From a virus: a stretch of DNA of 64,000 bases. Positions 9,514-18,904 of the stretch are shown here, in pieces. A program made the translations under genes and the position numbers. The stretch lies in the IMG/VR virus record IMGVR_UViG_3300044949_002468, positions 2,250 to 66,249 of that record; one strand, given 5' to 3'. The notes beneath the pieces were generated by a model that was not told the DNA's origin, did no database searches, and saw nothing but the letters and a program-made list of their open reading frames with translations. Within the stretch, counting starts at the first letter, position 1, and each line of letters begins with the position of its first letter.

Positions 9514-9825
9514 ATGACCACCACCGAGCTTCACATCGCCCTTAACGAATGCGGCTTCTACCGCACCGGCACCGGCGGCGGATGCGATGCGTTTATCCGG
9601 ATGTTCAACGACAAAAACGCAGGCTGCGACCCTCTGTGTGTCTTTGAGGACTGCCCCGATGCCTACATCATGATGACCCAATCGGAAGATCCCTCCGCAC
9701 CCGAAGGCAATGAGGATGTGTATATCGGCTTCTACGCCGAGAACGGCGCAACCCTTACTTGGACTGCCACCGCTGAAGATGCCCTCAAATTCGCCCGATC
9801 TCTCACTTACGAAAACCGAGTATGA
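9514..9825 (+). CDS. Hypothetical protein (TGGGC motif)
   Basis: ORF; coupled to the next gene. Confidence 0.65.
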   Translation: MTTTELHIALNECGFYRTGTGGGCDAFIRMFNDKNAGCDPLCVFEDCPDAYIMMTQSEDPSAPEGNEDVYIGFYAENGATLTWTATAEDALKFARSLTYENRV

Positions 9826-10055
9826 CCGAACAAGCATGGGTCAACGCCGCCGAGAAAGCACTTCTTGGCAAGACCATCATCAAATGCCGCTACATGACCC
9901 CAGCGGAACAGCAAGACCTCGGATGGCGCCATCGCCCTCTGGTCATTGCCCTGCATGACGGAAACCTCCTCTACGCTTCCCGCGACGACGAAGGCAATGA
10001 TGCCGGGGCGCTATTCATGAACGAGGAACCGGGCTGCTTGCCTGTCATGCGATGA
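9822..10055 (+). CDS. Conserved small phage protein (SRDDEGNDAGALF)
   Basis: ORF; coupled. Confidence 0.7.
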   Translation: MTEQAWVNAAEKALLGKTIIKCRYMTPAEQQDLGWRHRPLVIALHDGNLLYASRDDEGNDAGALFMNEEPGCLPVMR

Positions 10056-10318
10056 GGAACCATCCGTTCAATCGCTTCCATCCGCTCATGACCGACCGGA
10101 TGGCCGATGCCGCCGCTCTCATTGCTTTGGGCTATATCAACAAGGAAATCGCAGACGAACTCGGCGTGAGCATCAAAACCGTGGAGAAATTCCGGCAAAT
10201 GCTGAAAGACAAATTCGGCACCCGTGGCACGGCGGACATTACCCGCCTCGCCATCTACCTCGGCCTCATCGACCTAAATAACTCGATGCACCTTTTTCAT
10301 GACACCAACTATCCCTGA
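10052..10318 (+). CDS. LuxR-type HTH regulator
   Basis: GYINKEIADELGVSIKTVEKFRQMLKDKFG...AIYLGLI. Confidence 0.85.
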   Translation: MRNHPFNRFHPLMTDRMADAAALIALGYINKEIADELGVSIKTVEKFRQMLKDKFGTRGTADITRLAIYLGLIDLNNSMHLFHDTNYP

Positions 10319-10805
10319 CACACTGCGCATCTACAACGTCCCGCAACAGGAAATCCTCGATTGCAATGTCTTCCCCTTCATCGAGCGAATGTCGCCGTTC
10401 GTGCTCAACCCCAAGGCGGAATACGTGGATACCTTCGCCGTGCTGGTCGACGGATACAACGATATCGACGAAGAAATCTACGCCATCCCCGAGGTCCGCG
10501 CTTACTGGCAAAAGCTGGATACCCACTGGCCCTACATTTTCTTTTTCGGGAGCGTCCTGGCCGAGATGCCGCAAATGGTCGCGTGGTGCTGCCACAATAA
10601 TATCTCCTCCTACAAACGCCCCGGCCACATGGCCACGCTCATCGACTACGACAAGCCGGAACTGATCCAGTGGATACACCGGCACTGGCCCTACATGAAC
10701 GCCCTTTACCAACTGGCCTACGAAGATCCGATGCAGCGCGAATGGGCCATTCTCGAGCGCACCAAGCAAATCTTCGCCGCCTTTAACATCGACTTCTCAC
10801 CATGA
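10299..10805 (+). CDS. CRR6/DUF1817-like protein
   Basis: GYND..EIYAIPEVRAYWQKLD..WPYIFFF. Confidence 0.65.
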   Translation: MTPTIPDTLRIYNVPQQEILDCNVFPFIERMSPFVLNPKAEYVDTFAVLVDGYNDIDEEIYAIPEVRAYWQKLDTHWPYIFFFGSVLAEMPQMVAWCCHNNISSYKRPGHMATLIDYDKPELIQWIHRHWPYMNALYQLAYEDPMQREWAILERTKQIFAAFNIDFSP

Positions 10806-10996
10806 AATTCGAAAACCCTTGGGACCCCCAAGACTCCGACCGCCTCATCTGGCAAGCTCTGACCCTCGCTATGGACGCCGTGCTTTCCCTGCGCATCGTC
10901 CGATCACTCCTCGCCATCAACCCGTTCGCCGAAGCCGACATCGCTCCGATCGCTCCGGTCGCCAAACCCAAGCGCAAGCGTGCAACCCCTGCTTGA
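10802..10996 (+). CDS. Hypothetical protein
   Basis: Coupled ORF. Confidence 0.5.
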   Translation: MKFENPWDPQDSDRLIWQALTLAMDAVLSLRIVRSLLAINPFAEADIAPIAPVAKPKRKRATPA

Positions 10997-11249
10997 GCTG
11001 GACTACGAGCGCCGCCGCCGCCTCGACGCCTGCGACTACTTTGCCGTGCACCGCGTCGGCAAAAAGAAACACTACTTCGTCGGCAATATGCTGGCTCGTG
11101 ACGAGGACGAAGCCCTGCGCATGGCTAAACGCCAGTGTTTCAGCACAACCAAAGAGCGCACCTACTGGCAAGTGACCCGCATCGGACTCAAAGGCTACGC
11201 CGCCGACATGAAGAGAGCCATGATCGGCCTTGGCACCGTCACTCCCTAA
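10980..11249 (+). CDS. Hypothetical protein
   Basis: ORF ending at a terminator. Confidence 0.55.
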   Translation: MQPLLELDYERRRRLDACDYFAVHRVGKKKHYFVGNMLARDEDEALRMAKRQCFSTTKERTYWQVTRIGLKGYAADMKRAMIGLGTVTP

Positions 11250-11290
11250 AAAGTGAAGCGGGTGCATAGCACCCGCCTCACCCTTTCTTC
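11248..11290. terminator. Bidirectional intrinsic terminator
   Basis: AAAA-GTGAAGCGGGTGC-ATA-GCACCCGCCTCAC-CCTTTCTT between convergent genes. Confidence 0.7.
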
Positions 11291-11303
11291 CCCACAAGAA
11301 AAC

Positions 11304-11630
11304 TTACTCCGCCGCAACGTCCACGCCGGTCGCTTCTAGATTGAAACTGAACGTGAAACTGGTCGTGAACTCGTTGTTCGCATTGATCGCGCCGATGGTT
11401 CGCGAAACCGTCATTTTGGTCGGGCGATTTGCTGTCGCCAATCCGTTGAACACGGAATGAATGCGATGCAGCAAAGCAAAGATTACCTTGCGACTGTCGC
11501 CGCCGGCTCCGGTTGTCGCACTGGCTTCGGCGCTACTCAACTCAGGAAAAGCCGCAATCGGGATCGAAAGGGCTGTTCCGTTGGAAGAATAGCTGGTTCC
11601 GAAAAATACTGTAGGCGCCGCGTTAAACAT
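11304..11630 (-). CDS. Putative virion protein, displaced into the early region
   Basis: S/T/A-rich 108 aa; preceded by the TTGACA-N16-ATG late motif. Confidence 0.7.
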   Translation of the reverse strand: MFNAAPTVFFGTSYSSNGTALSIPIAAFPELSSAEASATTGAGGDSRKVIFALLHRIHSVFNGLATANRPTKMTVSRTIGAINANNEFTTSFTFSFNLEATGVDVAAE

Positions 11631-11655
11631 GATGCCTCACCCCTTTTGTCAACCT

Positions 11656-11859
11656 ATGGAAACCGAAACCACCCGCACCAACAGCAGCCTGCTTTGCCGC
11701 TCCAAGGTCAAAGCCTACCTGCTCGACCACGCCAAGAAAGCCCGCCACCACAAGTTCACCCGCGTCAGCGCGGAAACCCTGGACAAACTGGAGGCCGTCA
11801 TCCGCCAAGCCTGCCGCACCCATGTCGATAAGCACCCTTCCAAGGGAACCACTTTGTGA
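11656..11859 (+). CDS. Putative histone-fold protein
   Basis: LLCRSKVKAYL..(RVS)AETLDKLEAVIRQACRTHV..KGTTL fits the alpha1-L1-alpha2-L2 pattern of short prokaryotic histones. Confidence 0.6.
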   Translation: METETTRTNSSLLCRSKVKAYLLDHAKKARHHKFTRVSAETLDKLEAVIRQACRTHVDKHPSKGTTL

Positions 11860-12217
11860 TGCCGCCTCCATCGGGGCGCTGACCTTCAGCGAGTTCCGCG
11901 ACGAGTTAGAAACCAACGCGCGTTTTCGCAAACGCTGGAAAAGTCAGTGGCGGCGGGAAAAAGGGCATCCGCTCTACCCGACTCTCTTCTGCAAATACCA
12001 CCACTGCACCGGCATCGAAGTCCTGCATTGCGGGCATCCCACCGCTCTCCGCCCTTGGTATGCCTACTTGCCCGATGGAACCAGAGTGATCCACGGCAAT
12101 TTCTACGCTTTTCGCCACCTTGAAGACTGCCGAGTGGCAGCCTTCATTTTCTGGTGGAACCAACTATGCCAACAACAACAGCAGAACGCAAAGCCCCGGC
12201 CAAAGCCGCAGGCTTGA
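11822..12217 (+). CDS. Hypothetical protein (HCGHPTALRPW)
   Basis: ORF. Confidence 0.55.
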   Translation: MSISTLPREPLCDAASIGALTFSEFRDELETNARFRKRWKSQWRREKGHPLYPTLFCKYHHCTGIEVLHCGHPTALRPWYAYLPDGTRVIHGNFYAFRHLEDCRVAAFIFWWNQLCQQQQQNAKPRPKPQA

Positions 12218-12831
12218 AGAAAGTGAACCTCGGCGGCATCGCCACCAAGTCGGCCAGCAAAACCAAGACGGCTTACCCCGTCCTACCTGACCCGACCGGT
12301 GACGTTGCCAAACTCGTGGCCGACATCCGCCGCGAAACCGCCGAACTGGAAGCCCTCGAAGGCAGCCTGGACATCAAGAAAGCCGAGCTGCGGGGCACCG
12401 CGCAGGAGTATTACTTCGACCACTACTCCGGCAAACACGACATCGCCTCGTCCATCGAGGCTCACGATCCGAACGGTGAATCCGTGCTCGTGTCGTTCAC
12501 CAGCCGCTACAAAACCATCACCGACGAGGACTCGCTCATCGACACCATCGGAGAAGATCGCACCGCGCGCTTCTTCCGGCAGTCGTTCGAACTCAAGGTG
12601 GACGGAGACAAGATCCCCGAAAGCGAGGCGGAAACCCTCATCGAGGAATTGAGCGCCCTGTTCGCCCGATTCAATGCCGGTGATGCCCTGACCGCCAAAT
12701 CGGTGATCAAGCCCACGGCGGAATTCCACACCGCGCGCCACACCGCGCTGTCGGTGGACGAAAACCGCGCCGTCGACCTGATCTGCCCGATCATCGCCTC
12801 GGTCAAAACCAAGGGCCGCAAGAAAGACTGA
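12166..12831 (+). CDS. Hypothetical protein with basic N-tail and coiled coil
   Basis: 221-aa ORF; strong codon bias. Confidence 0.8.
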   Translation: MPTTTAERKAPAKAAGLKKVNLGGIATKSASKTKTAYPVLPDPTGDVAKLVADIRRETAELEALEGSLDIKKAELRGTAQEYYFDHYSGKHDIASSIEAHDPNGESVLVSFTSRYKTITDEDSLIDTIGEDRTARFFRQSFELKVDGDKIPESEAETLIEELSALFARFNAGDALTAKSVIKPTAEFHTARHTALSVDENRAVDLICPIIASVKTKGRKKD

Positions 12832-12834
12832 CCC

Positions 12835-13449
12835 ATGACCCTCCCCTCCTACCCAGCCCGCCCCATCAACGGCGGGCCGTTGGAGCGGGCGCGCCCTAAA
12901 TCGGGGCATTGGACTTACGAACCCAAGCTGAACGGCTGGCGCGCGTTAGTCCATGCCCCGACCGGGCGCATGTGGAACCGGCACGGCGAGAGGCTGTCTA
13001 TCGAAGACTGCTTCAAGCCGGTGCTGGACACGCTCGCCAAAGCCGACGTTCCCGAATGGCTCGACTGCGAAGCCTTGGAACGCCGCCTCAACCTCGGACG
13101 CGGCAGCCTCGTCGTATTCGACTACATCCCGTCCGGAACGGACCGGATCACCCCCTACGACAAGCGCAAAGCCAAACTGGAGGCCGCCATGAAAACTCTG
13201 CCCAACTGGCAGCCGTGGCAATTCGGTCCTCCGGTGCAATGCGCCGTCTACACCATAGAAGGCGTCGTGCCTTACGAGAGTGACCAGCTCGACGAACTCT
13301 ATCTTCACCTCAAATCCGAAAACCAAGCCCTTGATGCCGATCTCTACGAAGGACTCGTCGCCAAGCGCACCAACTCACCCTACCCCGTCCAACAACGCTC
13401 GTCCTCCGAAGAAACCACCTTCTGGGTCAAGCATCGCTGGGCATTCTAA
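12835..13449 (+). CDS. ATP-dependent ligase / nucleotidyltransferase domain only
   Basis: Motifs I YEPKLNGWR, III LDCE, IIIa VFD, IV EGLVAK, V WVKHR; no OB domain. Confidence 0.8.
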   Translation: MTLPSYPARPINGGPLERARPKSGHWTYEPKLNGWRALVHAPTGRMWNRHGERLSIEDCFKPVLDTLAKADVPEWLDCEALERRLNLGRGSLVVFDYIPSGTDRITPYDKRKAKLEAAMKTLPNWQPWQFGPPVQCAVYTIEGVVPYESDQLDELYLHLKSENQALDADLYEGLVAKRTNSPYPVQQRSSSEETTFWVKHRWAF

Positions 13450-13451
13450 CT

Positions 13452-13757
13452 ATGACACCCGCTGACCTCTCCTCGCTCGCCGACGATCTGGAAAAACGCT
13501 GCGAGAATGTCGATCAACTCGACTTCCTCGTGGGGTTCCTCGCTTGGATCTCCGACCAATCGTTCGATCTGTTGGTCAACGACTTCTCCGTTTTGGCCGA
13601 CCACTGCTACGAAATCGCCGACAAGCTCTCCTGCGGCATCCTTGCCAGCCAGGATCCCAACGGGCAAGCCGACGATGCCGAAGAAGTCGCCGAAGCTATC
13701 ACCAACCTTCACGCCATCCTCGGCGCCAAATATTGCAAGGCCGTAGGCCGTGCCTGA
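13452..13757 (+). CDS. Hypothetical acidic protein
   Basis: ORF in operon. Confidence 0.65.
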   Translation: MTPADLSSLADDLEKRCENVDQLDFLVGFLAWISDQSFDLLVNDFSVLADHCYEIADKLSCGILASQDPNGQADDAEEVAEAITNLHAILGAKYCKAVGRA

Positions 13758-13760
13758 CTT

Positions 13761-14213
13761 ATGACATCGCTAACCGCACAGATGGCCGCCATCCGAGAGA
13801 GCACATCTTGGCACGACTACAACAAACGCACCGAGGCTTTCGCCAAGCTATGGGGAATCACTCCTGACAACCGCCGCAAATACATCAACGATTGCGGAGT
13901 CTTTATCCGCCGCACCAAGGAGGCAATTAGCTTCGGCAGCTGCAAGGTGGGGATCGAGGTCGCAGAAGCTCCCGGCGGGAAATATGCCGTCGCTTACAGC
14001 CATCATGTCGGCAACGGAGGATTCTCCTTTGCCCCCAGCGTGTGCAACGAAGAAATCTATGATGATCCGCACTCTGCCAAGCTCGGAGCAATGGCAACAC
14101 TCTCGCAGCGCATCAGCCGCGAAGCCGTCGTGGCGGAAGGAAAAGCGCACAAAGCCGACGCCTTGAAAATGCTCGCCTACCTCAACGCAGAACAGGAACC
14201 TCTACTACTATGA
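13761..14213 (+). CDS. Hypothetical protein
   Basis: ORF in operon. Confidence 0.65.
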   Translation: MTSLTAQMAAIRESTSWHDYNKRTEAFAKLWGITPDNRRKYINDCGVFIRRTKEAISFGSCKVGIEVAEAPGGKYAVAYSHHVGNGGFSFAPSVCNEEIYDDPHSAKLGAMATLSQRISREAVVAEGKAHKADALKMLAYLNAEQEPLLL

Positions 14214-14629
14214 ACATCATGAACATCATCATGCCGTATCGGCACCCTGATTCACCCGACATCTGGGTGTTCGACGATGAAGCGCGCGACCTCGTGCGCG
14301 AGCCGTTTATCGGCGATGCAAATCAGTTACTCGACTACGCCGACGAGCAACTGGGCGGAAAAGGTAAGCTCGTCGTGTTTTTCCGATCCGACATGGGTGT
14401 TGATCCCGTGCATCAGCACTATGATAGCGTGTCCGTCGAAGCCAAGCTCATCGAAACTGATGCCACCGGATCCACTTATTCCGCTGAAGTCAGCCACGAT
14501 GGCGCAGTGCACTTCATGGCGGACAATATGTGGCTGTGCCCAGCCTTGTTGAAATACTTCGACAAAGCACCAAAGCGCATTCACGCCGCCATCGTCAGGC
14601 GCAACTCACGGCACAAATCTCGGAAGTAG
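14210..14629 (+). CDS. DUF6717-like protein
   Basis: WVFDD...LVREPF.G and WLCPALLKYFDKAP. Confidence 0.75.
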   Translation: MNIMNIIMPYRHPDSPDIWVFDDEARDLVREPFIGDANQLLDYADEQLGGKGKLVVFFRSDMGVDPVHQHYDSVSVEAKLIETDATGSTYSAEVSHDGAVHFMADNMWLCPALLKYFDKAPKRIHAAIVRRNSRHKSRK

Positions 14630-15364
14630 TGCCGTGCCGCCGCGCTTAAATCCCATCTTCTTGGCGATGCGCGTGTAGCTCTTGAACAATTTTCCGGTCT
14701 GCGTCACAGCACCCTTGTTGCCGCTATCGGCCATGGCATGAGGATGGAAATCCACCGACACCTTGTTCTTCTTGAAGTGCTTCATCAACGATCTGATGTT
14801 TCTGGCGCCTTTGGGTTTACCGATCATGTCATTGTCGGAATCTAGCAAGTCCCACACTGCATTACGCGGACCGTATTTGGTAACAATCGCACTTGTCTGA
14901 CCTCCACGCCCGACCACTTCAATCCGGCGCGGATTTGCATAAGCGGTTCCATCCGTGTCTGCGGTTCGACTGCGATACAACTTGGACTGAGGTGACATGA
15001 CGCCCCTGTAAATTCTCGTGTAGTTTGCGTCCCGCGACGATGGGCGGGGTATCATTTGAAATCCTTGCGGTGCAGGATTAACAGTGCGCGTTGAAACGCT
15101 GGGTGAAGCGGGGCTGACCCGATCACCTTTGCCAACGATCCAGCTGTCCTCCAGCCGAGACGATGAACTTCCGGTAGCAAGGATGCGCGCATCACGATCG
15201 CGCATTTTGCCAATTAACCGGCGATACCGCTCCGCTTTCGGACCCGAAGCATCGCCTTTTAGTTGCGTATTCGGCGCGCGCTCGGATCCAAAGTTGCCCA
15301 TGTAGCGCGCGATACCAAACTCCAACGCGGCAATTCTGCTGGCAACAAGATCGAGCAATCTCAC
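14606..15364 (-). CDS. Basic protein with N-terminal ASRIAALEF propeptide-like motif (putative head-packaged cargo)
   Basis: TTGACA-N13-GTG late motif; antisense within the early region. Confidence 0.65.
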   Translation of the reverse strand: MRLLDLVASRIAALEFGIARYMGNFGSERAPNTQLKGDASGPKAERYRRLIGKMRDRDARILATGSSSSRLEDSWIVGKGDRVSPASPSVSTRTVNPAPQGFQMIPRPSSRDANYTRIYRGVMSPQSKLYRSRTADTDGTAYANPRRIEVVGRGGQTSAIVTKYGPRNAVWDLLDSDNDMIGKPKGARNIRSLMKHFKKNKVSVDFHPHAMADSGNKGAVTQTGKLFKSYTRIAKKMGFKRGGTALLPRFVP

Positions 15365-15387
15365 CACGATTTAGCCCTGTCAATTTT

Positions 15388-16134
15388 ATGAGCAAAATAA
15401 CCAAATTGGTTATCCCAACGACCGCGCCGAGTCCTGCGCGCTCCACCAAGTGGAACAAAGGCCTCACACTGCAATCCGCCGACCTCCTCGAACCGATGAG
15501 CGCGGCTTCCAACGACACCACCCGCTATGTCCTCAACGGCATCTGCTTCGACCAGGACAGCATTATCGGCACCGATGGGCGGCGCCTCCTCCGCATCGTG
15601 CATGACGTTACCCCGCTCATGCACGGCAAGGAACCGACCATCCTGCCGAACGACAAGCAAACAGTCCGATTCATCAAGGATGCTCCGATGCTCCGCATCC
15701 AGTTATCCACCGATGGACAATGGTTCAAACTCACCGCCTTTGGCCGTGAGCACTGCGTCAAAAAAGTCGCGGGCCAATACCCCAACTGGCGCCAAGTCCT
15801 GCCGGATTCCAAAAATCGCTGGCACCTGACGTTCGACAGTGAGCAAGTGGCCAAGGTGCTGCGCGACTTGCCGGTGGACAAGAAGGAACCCGCCGCGACC
15901 ATCGAATTCCGCGATGGTTACAGTAAGGCAACTGTGGGCAAGACCAGCGTGCTGTTCCACTGTGTCGGCAACGCTGCCGCGACCATCCGGCTCAACGCAA
16001 TCATGCTTGCCCAAGCGGTCAAACAGGGGTTTGCTACCGCTTACCTCAACATGGACAAGCTCGAAGAACCCGTTCTCTTCACCAAGGCGAACGCCGCATA
16101 CGTGCAAATGCCGATGGTGATGAAAGCATCATGA
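15388..16134 (+). CDS. DNA polymerase III beta-clamp-like protein (partial)
   Basis: SNDTTRYVLNGI, GTDGRRL, GQYPNWRQVLP, QMPM. Confidence 0.75.
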   Translation: MSKITKLVIPTTAPSPARSTKWNKGLTLQSADLLEPMSAASNDTTRYVLNGICFDQDSIIGTDGRRLLRIVHDVTPLMHGKEPTILPNDKQTVRFIKDAPMLRIQLSTDGQWFKLTAFGREHCVKKVAGQYPNWRQVLPDSKNRWHLTFDSEQVAKVLRDLPVDKKEPAATIEFRDGYSKATVGKTSVLFHCVGNAAATIRLNAIMLAQAVKQGFATAYLNMDKLEEPVLFTKANAAYVQMPMVMKAS

Positions 16135-16346
16135 CCGAGAAACAACAACAACGCCGGCAAGAACTCGACGATAAGTTCTGGGCCGACTTCGCCAAGTATC
16201 GTCCGAACCTTGAGCGCATCATCAGCAACCAAGAAGTCCAACCAAGCGACACGAAGCTGGTTGTCCTCATGGCCCTGCACATGATGGGTTCGCTCGACTT
16301 CTGGGAAGCCGAACAAATCGACAAACTGCCGCCTCCGCAAGTGTGA
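16131..16346 (+). CDS. Hypothetical protein
   Basis: Coupled; last gene before the terminator. Confidence 0.6.
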   Translation: MTEKQQQRRQELDDKFWADFAKYRPNLERIISNQEVQPSDTKLVVLMALHMMGSLDFWEAEQIDKLPPPQV

Positions 16347-16389
16347 CTTTGGCTAACGCCGCGCGAGTGCGCGGACTGTTACCATAGCG

Positions 16390-16424
16390 CCCCCGATCCG
16401 AAAGGGTCGGGGGTTTTTGCTTTT
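16390..16424 (+). terminator. Intrinsic terminator ending the early region
   Basis: CCCCCGATCC-GAAA-GGGTCGGGGG-TTTTTGCTTTT. Confidence 0.85.
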
Positions 16425-16467
16425 ACGCCGATTTGCTGGTTATCCGCTTTTTTTACACCATTGCGGG

Positions 16468-18288
16468 TTATCCGCCACCCACCTCGTGCAGCTTGAGCGC
16501 GCCCTGCGCGTGGGCGTATTTCTCGTGATCTTCGCTGATCACCCCTGCGCACAGCGCATTCACCACCTGCATGGCCTCGCAGTCGAGCAAGTGGTTGTCT
16601 TTCCGCACCTGCTTCCACAATACCTGATACCGGCCGGTGCGCGGATTCTGCTTCATGATCTTGATCTCGGCATTTAAGTGCCTTGTGTATTCTTGCGGGA
16701 TGTCCCCGTGCACATGCCAACGACGAGGCTCCGCGTGGCGCATCACCGCGAGAATGTCCTTCACCGGATCATTCGCCCAATACACGTAACGCGCGCGGTT
16801 GTTCCGCTCGCTCTGCTGCACCGTGCCCAAAAACGGATCGCGCCATTGCACGGGCGACACTAGCCGTTGCACGCGATTCCCGTTCGGCAGACTGTGGACA
16901 AAGCCCTGCTTGCTGCTGCCCCACGCCCCGCGCCAATCTCGATCAACAAGCCATTTGCAGACCAAGTTGGTCTGGTCGGCACAGTCGATCATGACCAGAT
17001 TCGGATTCACCGCATACTTGGTCTGCAATGCGTCGCACTCCTCGATCGTTTCGAGAAAGCCAGCATGCAACAGCCAGCTTTCGCCGGTCTTGCTCCATGC
17101 CCGCACCACCGCCCAGAAGCCCGGCCTCTGAACGTCGATCGTCATGAGCGGCACCCGATCACGCTGCATCTCGGCAGGCACGTAGATTTCCGTCGGCACC
17201 GGCTCCTCGTCGTAGGCGTTCTCGCCATCCCAAGGCTCGGCCAAGGTGGAGTTCACAAAGTTTTGCCTGCCATCCAAAGTCGCCTTGCTCTGCAGCCAGC
17301 GCACCGCCAAGTTCCCCCATCGCGTTTGCTTCCACGGCGCGTAAAGCGCGGACAAATGATAGCTCCGGCGGGTCTTCTCAGCGGAAGGGTTGTTCGGCCG
17401 CCACTCTCCCGCCAACAGCATTCCCTGCTTGTAGACATCGGTGAACTTCTGCTCGCACTCCTGACACACATAGTGCGTGTTTTTCCGCACCTTCTCCATG
17501 TCCCAATCGCCGCCGGTCTTGGCCTCCTCCTGCTCCTTGTCCCACCACCTCACCTGCTTCCACAAAAGGCGGATCATCTGCTTACAGTGCGGACAGGGCA
17601 TCCAGTAATACCTCTGGTCCCCTTTCAAAAATTCCTGCCAAATCTCGCCGTACGCGATCGTCGGGGTCGACGTTTTCACCCTCTTGGGAAAGGTGAAGGA
17701 CTTCGTGCGCTCCTCGGCATTTTTCAGTGCCCCCGCCTCACGATCGTTTCTCAGCCCGAATTTATCGCACTCATCCATCAGAACACAGCCGCAAGGACGG
17801 CTACTGATTTGCGAGGCGGAGTTCGAACCCACGAAGAACAAGGCCGCACGAGCAAACCTCTGCTCGCGAGTGGTCCATAGAATCCGGTTCGACGGCTTCA
17901 AATCCGCCAACGGACGGCAATCATCGACCCACGGCATCCACCGGTTTCGCGAAAAGCTGCCGCCCAATTCCTTGTCAGGCATCACCCACAGCGTGTCGCG
18001 AGGATCGTTCACCAGCAACCAGCTTGTCCCCGCCATGACGATAGTTGTCTTGGCCACCTGCGCAGCAAAGCAAAGCGTCAGATCCTCGATCTGCTTGTCC
18101 TTGAACCCTTCCAGCGGCTCCCTCGCATACGGCGTCAGCGTTGTCGAGTAGGCGCCCTCGTTGTCGCCGCGCACATAGCAGTTCCGCTCCGCCCACTGCC
18201 ACACCGGCTCATCCGGTGCCGGCGCCAAAGTGTCGCGGCAAAACTGCTCCAGGCGCCCTCTGGCCTCGCTATGCCAGGACTTGCTCAT
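16468..18288 (-). CDS. terL: Terminase large subunit (lambda GpA family)
   Basis: TPYAREPL, AAQVAKTT, VLMDECD, TSTPT, GDQRYYWMPCPHC, nuclease TIDVQ, NHLLDCE. Confidence 0.92.
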   Translation of the reverse strand: MSKSWHSEARGRLEQFCRDTLAPAPDEPVWQWAERNCYVRGDNEGAYSTTLTPYAREPLEGFKDKQIEDLTLCFAAQVAKTTIVMAGTSWLLVNDPRDTLWVMPDKELGGSFSRNRWMPWVDDCRPLADLKPSNRILWTTREQRFARAALFFVGSNSASQISSRPCGCVLMDECDKFGLRNDREAGALKNAEERTKSFTFPKRVKTSTPTIAYGEIWQEFLKGDQRYYWMPCPHCKQMIRLLWKQVRWWDKEQEEAKTGGDWDMEKVRKNTHYVCQECEQKFTDVYKQGMLLAGEWRPNNPSAEKTRRSYHLSALYAPWKQTRWGNLAVRWLQSKATLDGRQNFVNSTLAEPWDGENAYDEEPVPTEIYVPAEMQRDRVPLMTIDVQRPGFWAVVRAWSKTGESWLLHAGFLETIEECDALQTKYAVNPNLVMIDCADQTNLVCKWLVDRDWRGAWGSSKQGFVHSLPNGNRVQRLVSPVQWRDPFLGTVQQSERNNRARYVYWANDPVKDILAVMRHAEPRRWHVHGDIPQEYTRHLNAEIKIMKQNPRTGRYQVLWKQVRKDNHLLDCEAMQVVNALCAGVISEDHEKYAHAQGALKLHEVGGG

Positions 18289-18904
18289 ACACCCGCTGCC
18301 CGTCAGCAATCGCCCGCTCGATATCCTGACGGATGATCTCCGCCGCCGTTATGTCATCCGCCGGATTGACCTTTGGCGCCAAAATCGCCGGAAGCCCGCG
18401 CAACCGCGCAAGCAAAGCCCCCCAGCCCTTCCCAAACATCTCACGCGCCTCATCGAAGGGTATCAGCACCCGCGCCTTCTCCTTGATCTCCAACACCATT
18501 TTCTCCGAGGCCATTCGGCCCTCTTTGGCGCGATTGTAGGTCTGAATTAAAAGTGGCAGCTTCTCCACCGAATCCGCCGCAATCGCCGCCTCCACCAGAT
18601 ACTTCGCCTGCTCCTCAATCTCGATCGACGCCTTCAGCGAAGCCTCCATCTCTGTCAAACTCCGCCTTTTCGGCAACCGCACTCGCGGTGCTGCCTCACC
18701 TTCTTCCACTGTCTCAACCCTCTTGCTCCGAAAACCCACGCCGCCGCGCGCATGGCTCAACCTCCACTCCCGCGCCGCCTCCAAAGAATCAACAGGACAC
18801 CCCTTCTGATTCTTCATGCGGCTCACATAGGCCACACTGGTCCCCCAGTCCGCCGCAATCTGAGCCAAAGTCACCTTCCCGCTTTCTGATACTTCCTTCT
18901 CCAT
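18269..18904 (-). CDS. terS: Terminase small subunit
   Basis: N-terminal HTH (TLAQIAADWGTSVAYVSRMK..GCP); Nu1-like C-terminus; directly upstream of terL. Confidence 0.8.
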   Translation of the reverse strand: MEKEVSESGKVTLAQIAADWGTSVAYVSRMKNQKGCPVDSLEAAREWRLSHARGGVGFRSKRVETVEEGEAAPRVRLPKRRSLTEMEASLKASIEIEEQAKYLVEAAIAADSVEKLPLLIQTYNRAKEGRMASEKMVLEIKEKARVLIPFDEAREMFGKGWGALLARLRGLPAILAPKVNPADDITAAEIIRQDIERAIADGQRVYEQVLA

